A stretch of DNA of 32,000 bases. Origin: Methylorubrum extorquens. Lineage in GTDB: Bacteria > Pseudomonadota > Alphaproteobacteria > Rhizobiales > Beijerinckiaceae. A model generated the notes under the pieces. It did not search any database, was not told the DNA's origin, and saw nothing but the letters and a program-made list of their open reading frames with translations. The DNA lies in NCBI GenBank assembly GCA_900234795.1, contig LT962688.1, forward strand, positions 2,670,001-2,702,000. The letters run 5' to 3'. Below, in pieces: positions 7,378-15,870 of this stretch. The stretch's first letter is position 1; the number at the start of each line of letters is the position of its first letter. The translations under genes and the position numbers were made by a program.

Positions 7378-8205
7378 TCAGCCCTTCTTCGCGCTCGGGA
7401 AGAACAGCGGCTCGCCGTTGATCTTGTAATCGGCGATTGCCCGCTGTCCCTCGGGCGAGACCAGCCAATCAATGAAGGCTTGGCCCTCCTTCACCTTCAC
7501 GGTCGGGTGCTTCTCCGGGTTCACCAGCATCACGCCGTAGGGGTTGAACAGGCGCTTGTCGCCCTCGACGAGGATGGTCAGGTCGCCCCGGTTCTTGAAT
7601 GAGAGCCACGTGCCGCGATCGGCGAGGATGTAGGCGCCGAGCGACGAGGCGGTGTTGAGCGCCGGACCCATCCCCTGTCCGACGTCGCGATACCAGTCGC
7701 CGCGGACCGCCGGGAGATCGACGCCGGCCTCCTTCCAGCTCCGCAGCTCGGCGCTGTGGGTGCCGGAGCGATCGCCACGCGAGACGAAGGGCGCTTGTCC
7801 CGCCGCGATGGCCTTGAAGGCGTCGTCCACCCCCTTGCCGCGTATGCCGGCCGGGTCGGCCTTCGGGCCGATCAGCACGAAGTCGTTGTACATCACGTCC
7901 TGCCGCCCCTTGGCGAACCCCTCGGCGACGAACTTGTCCTCGGCCGGGCGGTCGTGGACGAGCACGACGTCGGCGTCGCCCCGGCGCGCCGCGTCGAGGG
8001 CCTGGCCGGTGCCGAGCGCCACCACCTTCACCTCGATCCCGCTCTTCTGCTTGAACAGCGGCAGGATGTGCTTGAACAGGCCCGATTGCTCGGTCGAGGT
8101 CGTGGAGGCGACGACGATCGAGGCGGGCTCGGCCCGCAGCGGCGAGGCCGTGCCGAGAGCAGCCAGGAGCGAGAGGGTCAGGAAGCTGCGGCGAAGGCGG
8201 TCCAA
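7378..8205 (-). CDS. tupA: Tungstate/molybdate ABC transporter substrate-binding protein, TupA family
   Basis: Signal peptide MDRLRRSFLTLSLLAALGTASPLRA. TupA-type blocks VASTTSTEQSGLF, VKVVALGTGQALDAARRGDADVVLVHDRPAEDKFVAEGF, MYNDFVLIGP and SRGDRSGTH. It overlaps tupC by 28 nt. Confidence 0.85.
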   Translation of the reverse strand: MDRLRRSFLTLSLLAALGTASPLRAEPASIVVASTTSTEQSGLFKHILPLFKQKSGIEVKVVALGTGQALDAARRGDADVVLVHDRPAEDKFVAEGFAKGRQDVMYNDFVLIGPKADPAGIRGKGVDDAFKAIAAGQAPFVSRGDRSGTHSAELRSWKEAGVDLPAVRGDWYRDVGQGMGPALNTASSLGAYILADRGTWLSFKNRGDLTILVEGDKRLFNPYGVMLVNPEKHPTVKVKEGQAFIDWLVSPEGQRAIADYKINGEPLFFPSAKKG

Positions 8206-8894
8206 GGCAGTTCTCCGGTGAGGTAGGCCCGCGCTTCGGGTGTGCGGGGTGAGAAGAGGACGGATCGGGTCGGGCCCCGCTCCACGGCGCGGCCGGCGGC
8301 GAGCACCACGGTCTCGTCGGCGAGCCGGGCGACCTGCCCGAGATTGTGCGAGACGAGGAGCACGGTGGTGCCGGTCTGCGCCATCTCGGTGATCAGGCTC
8401 TCGACGGTCTCGGTCGCGGCTGGATCGAGGCTCGCGGTCGGCTCATCGAGGAGCAGGAGGTCGGGCTGCATCGCCCAGGCGCGGGCGAGCGCGAGGCGCT
8501 GCTGCTCGCCGCCCGAGAAGCGCGTCGCCGCGTCGTTGGCCCGCTCCGACAGGCCGACGCGGGCGAGCGCCGCCGCGATCCGCTCGGCGCGCTCCCGGCG
8601 GGACAGCTTCAGCGAGACCAGTCCGAGGGCGACGTTGGCGGAAGCACTCGCCCGCACCAGGGCGGGGCGCTGGAACACGAAGGCGCGGCGGCCGGGCGTG
8701 AGGCGCACCGTGCCGCTATCCGGCCGCAACAGGCCGTCGATCACACGCAGGGTCACGCTCTTGCCAGCCCCGTTGGGGCCGATCAGGGCGGTGATGCCGT
8801 GCGCGGCGACGTCGAGGTCGAGACGGTCGAGGATCACCCGTCCGCCGAGCGCCAGGCTGACGCCGTCGAGATGGATGGCGGGCGCAGCGCTCAT
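8178..8894 (-). CDS. tupC: ABC transporter ATP-binding protein (tungstate-type system)
   Basis: Walker A GPNGAGKS, signature FSGGEQQR and Walker B LLLLDEP. Its start overlaps the tupB stop by 4 nt (ATGA). Confidence 0.85.
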   Translation of the reverse strand: MSAAPAIHLDGVSLALGGRVILDRLDLDVAAHGITALIGPNGAGKSVTLRVIDGLLRPDSGTVRLTPGRRAFVFQRPALVRASASANVALGLVSLKLSRRERAERIAAALARVGLSERANDAATRFSGGEQQRLALARAWAMQPDLLLLDEPTASLDPAATETVESLITEMAQTGTTVLLVSHNLGQVARLADETVVLAAGRAVERGPTRSVLFSPRTPEARAYLTGELPWTAFAAAS

Positions 8895-9586
8895 CCGTAG
8901 GCCCTCGCGACATGGCTGCGCAGGAGCGCGGCGGCGGCATTCACCGCCAGGACGAGGCTCATCAGCACGAGGCCGAGCGCCAAGGCGAGGCTGAGGTCGC
9001 CCTTCTGCGTCTCCAGCGAGATCGCCGTCGTCATGGTGCGGGTATGCCCGTCGATATTGCCGCCGACGACGAGCACGGCGCCGATTTCCGAGATCGCCCG
9101 GCCGAAAGCGGCCAGTGCTGCCGTGACCAGCGAGAAGCGCGCATCGTAGATCAGCACCCCCGCTCGCTGCGGTGCGGAGAGGTGAAGGGAGCGGAGTTGT
9201 TCTCCCAGGTGGGCCTCAGCGTCGGCGATGACTTGTCGCGTCAGCGCCGCGACGAGCGGCGTCGCCAGCACCGCCTGCGCTGCCACCATCGCAGCTGGGG
9301 TGAAGAGCAGGCCGAACGCTCCGAAGGGACCCGAGCGGGACAGGGCGAGATAGAGGATCAGCCCGACGATCACCGGCGGCAGGCCCATGAACGTGTTGAG
9401 AAGCCCGACCACGGCGCCGCGCCCCGGAAATCGCGCCACCGCAATCAGCGCTCCGAGCGGAATGCCGAGCACAAGCCCGATTCCCACCGCGGTGACGCTG
9501 ACGCGCAGGGACAGCCGCGCGATCGCCAGGACATCCCGGTCGAGCGTCCACAGGCGCGAGAACGTCTCCTGAAGGGTTTGGCTCAA
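8891..9586 (-). CDS. tupB: ABC transporter permease (tungstate-type system)
   Basis: BPD-transport permease with about five TM helices. It includes the SLE..K..L loop motif expected for this family, TMTTAISLETQKGDLSLALALG. There is no in-frame ATG near the conserved N-terminus, so TTG at 9584-9586 (LSQTLQETFSRLW...) was chosen, giving 231 aa. The Arg/Pro-rich upstream ORF extension to 9808 was rejected. Confidence 0.8.
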   Translation of the reverse strand: MSQTLQETFSRLWTLDRDVLAIARLSLRVSVTAVGIGLVLGIPLGALIAVARFPGRGAVVGLLNTFMGLPPVIVGLILYLALSRSGPFGAFGLLFTPAAMVAAQAVLATPLVAALTRQVIADAEAHLGEQLRSLHLSAPQRAGVLIYDARFSLVTAALAAFGRAISEIGAVLVVGGNIDGHTRTMTTAISLETQKGDLSLALALGLVLMSLVLAVNAAAALLRSHVARAYG

Positions 9587-9610
9587 GGGGCTCGGCTCGA
9601 AGAAATTATC

Positions 9611-9645
9611 GCATCCGCACCGGGGGCGCACCTGAGGTGCATCCG
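9611..9645. promoter_or_regulatory. Candidate operator in the tupB / regulator divergent intergenic region
   Basis: Read directly: the direct repeat gcatccg occurs at 9611-9617 and 9639-9645. The pair flanks and overlaps a perfect palindrome, gcacc-tga-ggtgc (9628-9640). An AT-rich patch (gaagaaattatc) lies just upstream. The function is not established. Confidence 0.2.
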
Positions 9646-9711
9646 GGGCTGCGCGGCGCAAGCCGGGATGATACGCCAGATGACGCAAGATCAATAGGAA
9701 AGGCCTTGCAT

Positions 9712-10749
9712 ATGGCTGTCGAGGACGGGCGGGCCGTGGCTTCGGTCGCTTCCGGGTGGGACGGGCTCCGCGTACGCCTGCATGTCGAGGGCCGCTGCGA
9801 GGGTGCATCCGACTTCCCGCTGCGCGGTGCGCACCAGCTTCTCGAAGCGCTCGGCCGGACCGGCTCGCTCCAGGGGGCGGCCGAGGTGCTCTCGATTTCC
9901 TACCGTTCGGCCTGGGGGCAGCTCGACGCGCTGGAACAGGCCCTCGGCCAGCCCGTCGTGGTGAAAACCAAGGGGCACGGCAGCAGCCTCACGCCTCTCG
10001 GGGTGGCGCTGCTGACCTTGCTTCAAGCGTCGCAGACGCGCCTCGCCCCGGCCCTCGCAGCGGAGGAGATGGCGCTGACGGACGGCTTGCAGCGACTTCT
10101 GGAGCCGTCCGATGCGCGTATCCGTCTCGCCGCGAGCCACGATCCTCTGCTGCTGGAGGCGATCGAGGCGCAGCGCGAGATCGACCTGATGGTCGCCGGC
10201 AGCCTCGACGCCCTGGCGCGGCTGCATGACGAGTCCGTCGATGCCGCGGGCTTCCATTACGGCTCGGACGGCCCGCCACCAGCACCCTTCGGCGCCGTGT
10301 TCGACCGTCGCGACCTCGTCGTCATCCCCCTGTTCCGCCGGGAACAGGGCCTGATGCGGGCGGCCGGCAACCCGCTCGATTTGGGAAGTGTCGCCGACAT
10401 CGCCGCGCGGCGGGCGCGCTTCGTCAACCGGCAACGGGGTGCCGGCACCCGGATCTGGTTCGAACGGCTCTGCGCCGAGGCGGGCATCGACCTCGCGCGC
10501 ATCGTCGGCCATCAGACCGAGGAATTCACGCATCAGGCGGTGGCGGCCCTAATCGCCACCGGCGCGGCCGATGTCGGCATGGGCACCCGCGTGGTCGCCG
10601 AGCGCTTCGCCCTGGATTTCCAGCCCGTGGGTTGGGAGACGTATTTCCTCGCGATCCGCGCGAGGATCGATACGGAACGGCTCGGGCCGCTCCGCGAGGA
10701 TCTCTGCAGCCGAGCCGGACGGACACCCGGCTACGCGCCGCCCCTGTGA
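9712..10749 (+). CDS. ModE-type HTH regulator fused to a PBP-like (oxyanion-binding type) domain; TunR-like
   Basis: SD GGAAAGG sits 8-10 nt before ATG 9712. The N-terminal HTH LLEALGRTGSLQGAAEVLSISYRSAWGQLDALEQALGQPVV...SSLTPLG matches the ModE N-domain pattern. The C-terminal domain shares blocks with the C-terminus of the MoeA fusion at 12594-14570 (ASHD..L, GSLDAL..L....VDAAGFH, VNRQRGAGTR, H.AVAA.IA.GAADVG). Confidence 0.75.
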   Translation: MAVEDGRAVASVASGWDGLRVRLHVEGRCEGASDFPLRGAHQLLEALGRTGSLQGAAEVLSISYRSAWGQLDALEQALGQPVVVKTKGHGSSLTPLGVALLTLLQASQTRLAPALAAEEMALTDGLQRLLEPSDARIRLAASHDPLLLEAIEAQREIDLMVAGSLDALARLHDESVDAAGFHYGSDGPPPAPFGAVFDRRDLVVIPLFRREQGLMRAAGNPLDLGSVADIAARRARFVNRQRGAGTRIWFERLCAEAGIDLARIVGHQTEEFTHQAVAALIATGAADVGMGTRVVAERFALDFQPVGWETYFLAIRARIDTERLGPLREDLCSRAGRTPGYAPPL

Positions 10750-10806
10750 TGTTGCGTGCTCGCGATCTGGGGCTCAGCCTCGCCGATCAGGTCGAAAGGC
10801 GAGCCC

Positions 10807-12057
10807 TCACCACAGCAAGACGTGCGGATAATACGCCAGCGAATCGCCGGGACTCACGCCGGTCGCGTCGTCGGGCAACTCCACGAGGCCGTCGCTCTCG
10901 GTAAGCGAGGTCAGCACGCCCGCTCCGTCGCGCGGGAATTTTTGTGCTTCCAGAGCGCCCTCGCCACTGCGGACGAGACTGACGCGGACGAATTCGCGGC
11001 GGCCCGCCTTCTTACGGTAGCTGAAGCCCGCCCGCACCGGCCAGGACAGCGGCGGCTCGTAGCGTGCGCCGCCGAGCCGGGCGAGCAGCGGCCGCACCAC
11101 GAAGAGCAGCGTGATGTAGACTGCCACCGGATTGCCCGGCAGCCCGACGAAGGGCGTCCCGGCGACCAGTCCCACCGCAACCGGACGGCCGGGCTTGATC
11201 GCCAACCGCCAGAGCATCAGCCGGCCCTGGGCATCGACGGCAGTCTTCACATGGTCCTCCTCGCCGGTCGAGACGCCGCCGGAGGTGAGGATCAGGTCGT
11301 GGTCCCGCGCCGCCTCGGCGAGGCGGGCCGGCAGGGTGACGGGATCGTCGCGCAGGATTCCGAGGTCGTCCACCGCGACGCCGAGCCGGGTCAGCAGGGT
11401 CACGAGCAGCACGCGGTTGGAATCGTGGATCGCGCCGGGGCGAAGGGGCGCGCCGGGCTCGGTCAGCTCGTCGCCGGTCGAGAACACGGCGACCCGCAAC
11501 CGGCGGCGCACGGCAATCTGCGCATGGCCGGTCGCGGCGGCCAGCGCCAGATCCTGCGGGCGCAGGCGCCGCCCCGCGGGGATCGCGAGCCCGCCCGCCG
11601 CCAGATCCTCGCCGGCGGGGCGAGCGTTGGCGCCGGGCTTCAGCCCCGACGGCAGGACGACCCGGTCGCCCTCGCGGCGCACATCCTCCTGCATGAACAC
11701 GGTGTCAGCGCCGGGCGGCATCGGCGCGCCGGTGAAGATGCGGATCGCGGTGCCCAAGGGCAGCTCTGCGGCTGCCGCGCCGGCCGCGAGACGACCGCTG
11801 ACCGGCAGGACGGTCTCGGTCCCTGCCTCGAGGTCGGCGAAGCGCACGGCGTAGCCATCGACCGCGGCATTGGCGAAGGGCGGCAGGTCGTGACGCGCGA
11901 AGACGTCCTCGGCGGCGATCCGCCCGTCGGCGAGGCCGAGCGGTATGGTCTCCGTGCCAGCGACCACGGGGAAGCGCTCGGCGATCATCGCCACCGCGTT
12001 CTCGATCCGCATCGGCTTGCCCCCGAAGGCGAAGCAATCGTCGGTGAGCTGTGCCAT
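10807..12057 (-). CDS. moeA: Molybdopterin molybdotransferase MoeA (canonical length, 416 aa)
   Basis: MoeA N-domain DLPPFANAAVDGYAV, RIFTGAPMPPGADTVFMQEDV. MoCF-binding domain VAVFSTGDEL..PG....G.I.DSN and LILTSGGVSTGEEDH. MoeA C-domain LW.LAIKPGRP. Confidence 0.9.
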   Translation of the reverse strand: MAQLTDDCFAFGGKPMRIENAVAMIAERFPVVAGTETIPLGLADGRIAAEDVFARHDLPPFANAAVDGYAVRFADLEAGTETVLPVSGRLAAGAAAAELPLGTAIRIFTGAPMPPGADTVFMQEDVRREGDRVVLPSGLKPGANARPAGEDLAAGGLAIPAGRRLRPQDLALAAATGHAQIAVRRRLRVAVFSTGDELTEPGAPLRPGAIHDSNRVLLVTLLTRLGVAVDDLGILRDDPVTLPARLAEAARDHDLILTSGGVSTGEEDHVKTAVDAQGRLMLWRLAIKPGRPVAVGLVAGTPFVGLPGNPVAVYITLLFVVRPLLARLGGARYEPPLSWPVRAGFSYRKKAGRREFVRVSLVRSGEGALEAQKFPRDGAGVLTSLTESDGLVELPDDATGVSPGDSLAYYPHVLLW

Positions 12058-12060
12058 GGC

Positions 12061-12597
12061 TCAGGGTCTTTCCAGCCGGGCGAGTACGGTTTCAAGAGCC
12101 TCGGCGCGCTCGGTCACGAGATCGGCGATGGCCTCGATGTCGTCGAGCCCGACCACCGGCACCGCCGCCTGCGGGAAGGGCACGTCGCTGGCGATGCCGA
12201 CGATGCGCGGGTCGTCTCCGTGCAGGGGCGGACGGCCGTTGGCCGCGCGGAACACTTCGAGCTTGGGATGCGCCTCGCGCTTGAAGCCCTCGACCAAGGC
12301 GAGACCGGTCGGCGTCAGCCGGCGCAGCAATTCGGGCAGGGTCGCCTCCGCGCCCTCTCCGACCTCGCGGATCTGCGCCCATCGCCGGGCGGAGGATACG
12401 ATTACTTCGCTCGCCCCGGCCTGCCGGTGGACGAACGAATCCTTGCCCGGCTGATCGATGTCGAAAGCGTGGTGGGCGTGCTTGAGGGTCGCGACCCGCA
12501 TTCCGCGGGCGACGAGCACGGGGATGAGGCGGGCGAGCAGCGTGGTCTTGCCCGCTCCGCTCCAACCGGCGAGGCCGATGACGCGCAGGTCGTTCAC
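12061..12597 (-). CDS. mobB: Molybdopterin-guanine dinucleotide biosynthesis adapter protein MobB
   Basis: GTG start at 12595-12597 overlaps the upstream gene's TGA (GTGA). P-loop GLAGWSGAGKTTLL. MobB blocks ATLKHAHHAFDIDQPGKDS and LVEGFK. The Arg-rich upstream ORF extension to 12795 was rejected. Confidence 0.85.
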   Translation of the reverse strand: MNDLRVIGLAGWSGAGKTTLLARLIPVLVARGMRVATLKHAHHAFDIDQPGKDSFVHRQAGASEVIVSSARRWAQIREVGEGAEATLPELLRRLTPTGLALVEGFKREAHPKLEVFRAANGRPPLHGDDPRIVGIASDVPFPQAAVPVVGLDDIEAIADLVTERAEALETVLARLERP

Positions 12598-14570
12598 GAT
12601 TCGCCTGCGCCGGGTTCGAACCCTAGTTCGTTTAGGGCCGCATCCGCCGCGCGTGTGCCGAGCAGCGCCAGGAAGGCGGCGAGCGCGGGCTTCTCGCGAT
12701 CCGCATCGCGGTAGGCGAAGTCGTAATGCTCCTGCGCCAGCGGCAGGAAGCCGAGGCCGTAGGCCGTTGCGACGCTCGCGATCGCCACGCCCCAATCGGC
12801 CCGGCCCTGCGCCACCGCCGCCGCGACGGCGTTGTGCGAGCGCGGCTGGTTCCAGAAGCCGGCCGGGCGGGCCGGCCCGATCAGGCCATCGACGAGGAGG
12901 CGGGTGCCGGAGCCGGCGTTACGGTTGACCATCACCGCGTCGGGGTCGGCCAGCGCCGCGTTCACCGCATCGGCAGCGCTGCGGCCCTCGAAACGGGCAT
13001 CGTTCTTACGGAACACCACGCCCTGGAGCCGACGCCAGCCGAGGGCGAGTTTCATGCCCGCTTCGAGGAAAGGCGCGTTGTAGCGGCCGGTCTCGGGGTC
13101 GAGCAGGTGCATGGCGGCCAGGTCGCATTCGCCCCGGCGCAGGGCCGCGAGCCCCCCGGCCGAGCCGACCCATACGGTGCGGGCGCGAAAGCCTTGCTCG
13201 GCCAGCAGTCCGACCACCCGGTCGAGCCCGATGCAGTGGCTGCCGATGATGGTGAGGTCCGGCGGCCGAACGCCCGCCCCGAGGCGCACCACCGAGACCG
13301 TCTCGCCCGCCTCGACGCCCGAGCGCGCGGCCGGCACGGCAAAGAAGCCGTCGGCCTGCGAGAAGGCGGTGACGGAGCCGGAGCCTTTCGGCAGCGGCAG
13401 GGCGACCAAGCCATCAGCCGCCTGAGCGAGCGAGGCCATCACGAATTCGGTGCGGCCGAGTTCGGACGTCAGCCGCTGCGGCAGGCGCGCCGACACCGCC
13501 TCCTCTTCCCGCGGCGGCAGTCCGGCAAGCGCGCGCACCAGCGGCACCACGAATTCGTGGAAGGTGAACATCGCCGAGGTCGGGAAGCCGGGCAGCACCA
13601 CCACCGCCTTGCCTTCGGCGACGGCGAGGCAGAGCGGCTTGCCGGGTTTGAGCGCGACGCCGTGGACGAGGATGCCGGGCGGGCCCAGCCGCGACAGGAT
13701 GCGGTGCGAGACATCGCCCGCGCCCTTCGAGGTGCCGCCGGAGAGTACGACGAGGTCGCTCCGGGTCAGCGCATCGCGCAGGGCACCATCGAGCGCCGCT
13801 TCGTCGTCGCGGACGATGCCGAGCGGCACGGGCTCGCCGCCGTTCTCGGCGACCGAGGCCGCGACGATGGCGCCGTTCGAATCAAAGATGGCGCCCGGTC
13901 GCAGTTCACCGCCCGGCGCGACCAGCTCGTCGCCCGTCGAGAGTACGGCGACGCGGGGGCGGCGCACCACCACGATCTCGGCGAGCCCGCAGGCGGCGAG
14001 CATGCCGATCTCGCGGGCGGTCACCACTGCCCCCTTGCGTAGGACGGTTTCGCCGGACGCCATGTCGGCGCCGGCATAGCCGACGAATTGCCCCGGCCGG
14101 ACCGGACCCGTCACGTCGATGGCGAGGGCGTCTTCGAAGAACTCGGTCTGCTCGACCATCACCACGGCGTCGGCCCCGCGCGGGATCATGCCGCCGGTGG
14201 CGATCGGCGTCGCGGTGCCGGTGGCGACCGAACCCGTCGGGGCGACGCCGCAGGCCAGGATCTCGCGGTTGAGAGCGAGCCGGCGGGGCCGCGCGGCGTT
14301 GGCGCCCTCGGTGTCGGCGGCGCGCAGCGCAAAGCCGTCCACCAAGGCGCGGTCGAAGGGGGGCACGTCGATCGGCGAGGCAATATCGCCGGCGAGCACC
14401 CGTCCCAGCGCCTGGGCCAGCGGAACGGTCTCCGGTGGAAGCGCCGCGTGGGGAAGTGCCGCGCGGAAGGCCGCATGCGCGTCCTCGCGGCTCATCACCG
14501 TCAGGAACTGCTCCTGCCGGGCGGCCGCGGCGAGGCGCTGGGTAAAATCCGTCTCGCGATCCGCGCTCAT
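12594..14570 (-). CDS. MoeA fused to a C-terminal PBP-like domain (658 aa)
   Basis: The N-terminal ~410 aa are MoeA-like (DVPPFDRALVDGFAL, IATGGMIPRGADAVVMVE, VAVLSTGDEL, VVLSGGTSKGAGD, ALKPGKP). The C-terminal ~240 aa are PBP-like (IIGSHCIGLD, VGSAGGLAALRRGECDLAAMHLLD, VNRNAGSGTR, HNAVAAAVAQGRADWG). There are 4-nt overlaps at both ends. Confidence 0.85.
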   Translation of the reverse strand: MSADRETDFTQRLAAAARQEQFLTVMSREDAHAAFRAALPHAALPPETVPLAQALGRVLAGDIASPIDVPPFDRALVDGFALRAADTEGANAARPRRLALNREILACGVAPTGSVATGTATPIATGGMIPRGADAVVMVEQTEFFEDALAIDVTGPVRPGQFVGYAGADMASGETVLRKGAVVTAREIGMLAACGLAEIVVVRRPRVAVLSTGDELVAPGGELRPGAIFDSNGAIVAASVAENGGEPVPLGIVRDDEAALDGALRDALTRSDLVVLSGGTSKGAGDVSHRILSRLGPPGILVHGVALKPGKPLCLAVAEGKAVVVLPGFPTSAMFTFHEFVVPLVRALAGLPPREEEAVSARLPQRLTSELGRTEFVMASLAQAADGLVALPLPKGSGSVTAFSQADGFFAVPAARSGVEAGETVSVVRLGAGVRPPDLTIIGSHCIGLDRVVGLLAEQGFRARTVWVGSAGGLAALRRGECDLAAMHLLDPETGRYNAPFLEAGMKLALGWRRLQGVVFRKNDARFEGRSAADAVNAALADPDAVMVNRNAGSGTRLLVDGLIGPARPAGFWNQPRSHNAVAAAVAQGRADWGVAIASVATAYGLGFLPLAQEHYDFAYRDADREKPALAAFLALLGTRAADAALNELGFEPGAGES

Positions 14571-15652
14571 AGCGGCACCACCTCGACCACGCTGCCGACC
14601 GGGTAGCCCTCCCGCTCCGGCGGCACCAGCACGAATCCGTCCGCTTCGATCAACCGGTGCAGGGCGAGATCGGCTCCGCCGAGGGGGTCGATGTCCGTCC
14701 CCTGGACGCGAACGAAGACGATTTCGGCGAGCCCGACGATCGAGGTGATCTTGCGCGAGATTTGCCCCATCCGCGCCGCCGGTTCGACGGCAGCGGTCAG
14801 CGCGGCGATCAGCGGCCGGCCGAGCGCCAGGACGGCCGCGAGCGCCGCATCGGGCCGGCCGGGCAGGAGCAGGACCGGGCGGTCCCCGGCTTCGCCGACC
14901 CCCGCCGTCTCGCCGGGCCGCAGGGCGAGGCCGTGAGCGACCACACGTCCGGCTTGCGCCAGCGCTTCGGCGCTGCGGTCGCTGCGCCCGAACCCGGTGC
15001 CGCCGAGGACGAACACCGCATCCGCTCCGTCGGCCGCGATGGCGTGGGCGATCCGTTCGGGGTCATCCGGCACCGCCACCGTCTCGGCGAGGCCGCCCGA
15101 CCGCGCGATCACGGCGCCGAGCGTCGGCGACAGGACGTCCGGCGCCCCCGTCACCACGAGGCGAATCCGGGCTTCGCGGATCGCGACTTCGACAAACCCC
15201 GCGGCCGCGAGGCCGAGAAGGTGGCGCGGCTCGATCCGCTCGCCCGCCGTCAGGAGAGCGTCGCCTTCGGAAAAATCCTCGGCCGCGGCGCGGGTGCTCT
15301 CGCCCGGACCGACTTCCGCCACGGCACTGCGGTGCTCCAACCCCTCGGCGGCCAGGATCGCGTCGGTGCCGGGCGGCAGGCGCTCGCCGGCTTCGACCCA
15401 GGCGGGGGCGCGTGGCAGCATCACCGGCGCGTAGGGTGAGGCACCGCCGATCTGCGCGGCTTCCACCGCGAAGCCGTCGCGCAGGGCGGTGAGCCCGGCC
15501 GGGATGTCATGGGGAACCGTGAGCGATGTCGCGGCGATGTGCCCGGCCGCTCGAACCAGCGGCACCGATCGCGGCGCGACCGGTTTCGCGCAACGCAGCA
15601 GCAGGGCGAGCGCGTCGGCGAGCGGTGTCAGGGCGGCGGAGGCTGCGCGCAT
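14567..15652 (-). CDS. Short MoeA-like molybdopterin-binding protein (361 aa), first gene of the operon
   Basis: MoeA-like blocks are recognisable but divergent: LTALRDGFAV, ERLPPGTDAILAAE, RLVVTGAPDV, VFVLGGTGFGRSD, GLALRPGE. It overlaps the next gene by 4 nt (ATGA). Confidence 0.7.
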   Translation of the reverse strand: MRAASAALTPLADALALLLRCAKPVAPRSVPLVRAAGHIAATSLTVPHDIPAGLTALRDGFAVEAAQIGGASPYAPVMLPRAPAWVEAGERLPPGTDAILAAEGLEHRSAVAEVGPGESTRAAAEDFSEGDALLTAGERIEPRHLLGLAAAGFVEVAIREARIRLVVTGAPDVLSPTLGAVIARSGGLAETVAVPDDPERIAHAIAADGADAVFVLGGTGFGRSDRSAEALAQAGRVVAHGLALRPGETAGVGEAGDRPVLLLPGRPDAALAAVLALGRPLIAALTAAVEPAARMGQISRKITSIVGLAEIVFVRVQGTDIDPLGGADLALHRLIEADGFVLVPPEREGYPVGSVVEVVPL

Positions 15653-15870
15653 CGTTCAAGCGTCCGCGCGCGCCGGCAGTGCGGCGGGCTGAGCGGCAAG
15701 AATGCGTGAGGCTCCGTCCTGTCTCATCACCGCGAGCGATGCGCCATCGCCGGGCGCGGATCAAGGTTCGGCATCTCGCCACTCCGGCGCCTGAGACACA
15801 AACCCTCACCTTCGGTGGGCGGACGGCGTCCCGACCGGTCGCGTATGGTCCGCCGGGGAAACGGAGTTGG

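Noticed and set aside
8891-9808. N-terminal extensions of several ORFs (tupB to 9808, mobB to 12795, WD40-cyt c to 15526, regulator to 9637, PRC-barrel to 5549, opgD to 4347, cheW to 28939, mucR-like to 29545)
   Set aside because: The extensions are Arg/Pro-rich with poor GC3, and they overlap neighbouring genes or promoters. Internal starts give proper signal peptides or conserved N-termini, often with an SD or a 4-nt coupling overlap.
10756-12714. 652-aa ORF on the + strand across moeA and mobB
   Set aside because: It is a shadow ORF antisense to two genes with strong family motifs. Its composition is low-complexity Arg/Gly/Asp/His-rich.
15653-15870. Possible Moco riboswitch in the leaders of the MoeA operon / WD40 gene, and in 9587-9711 upstream of tupB
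   Set aside because: I could not recognise the conserved Moco-motif core or its stem architecture by eye. Only a generic GGGGAAACGGAG at the RBS is present. An Infernal/Rfam scan would be decisive, and without it there is no support.
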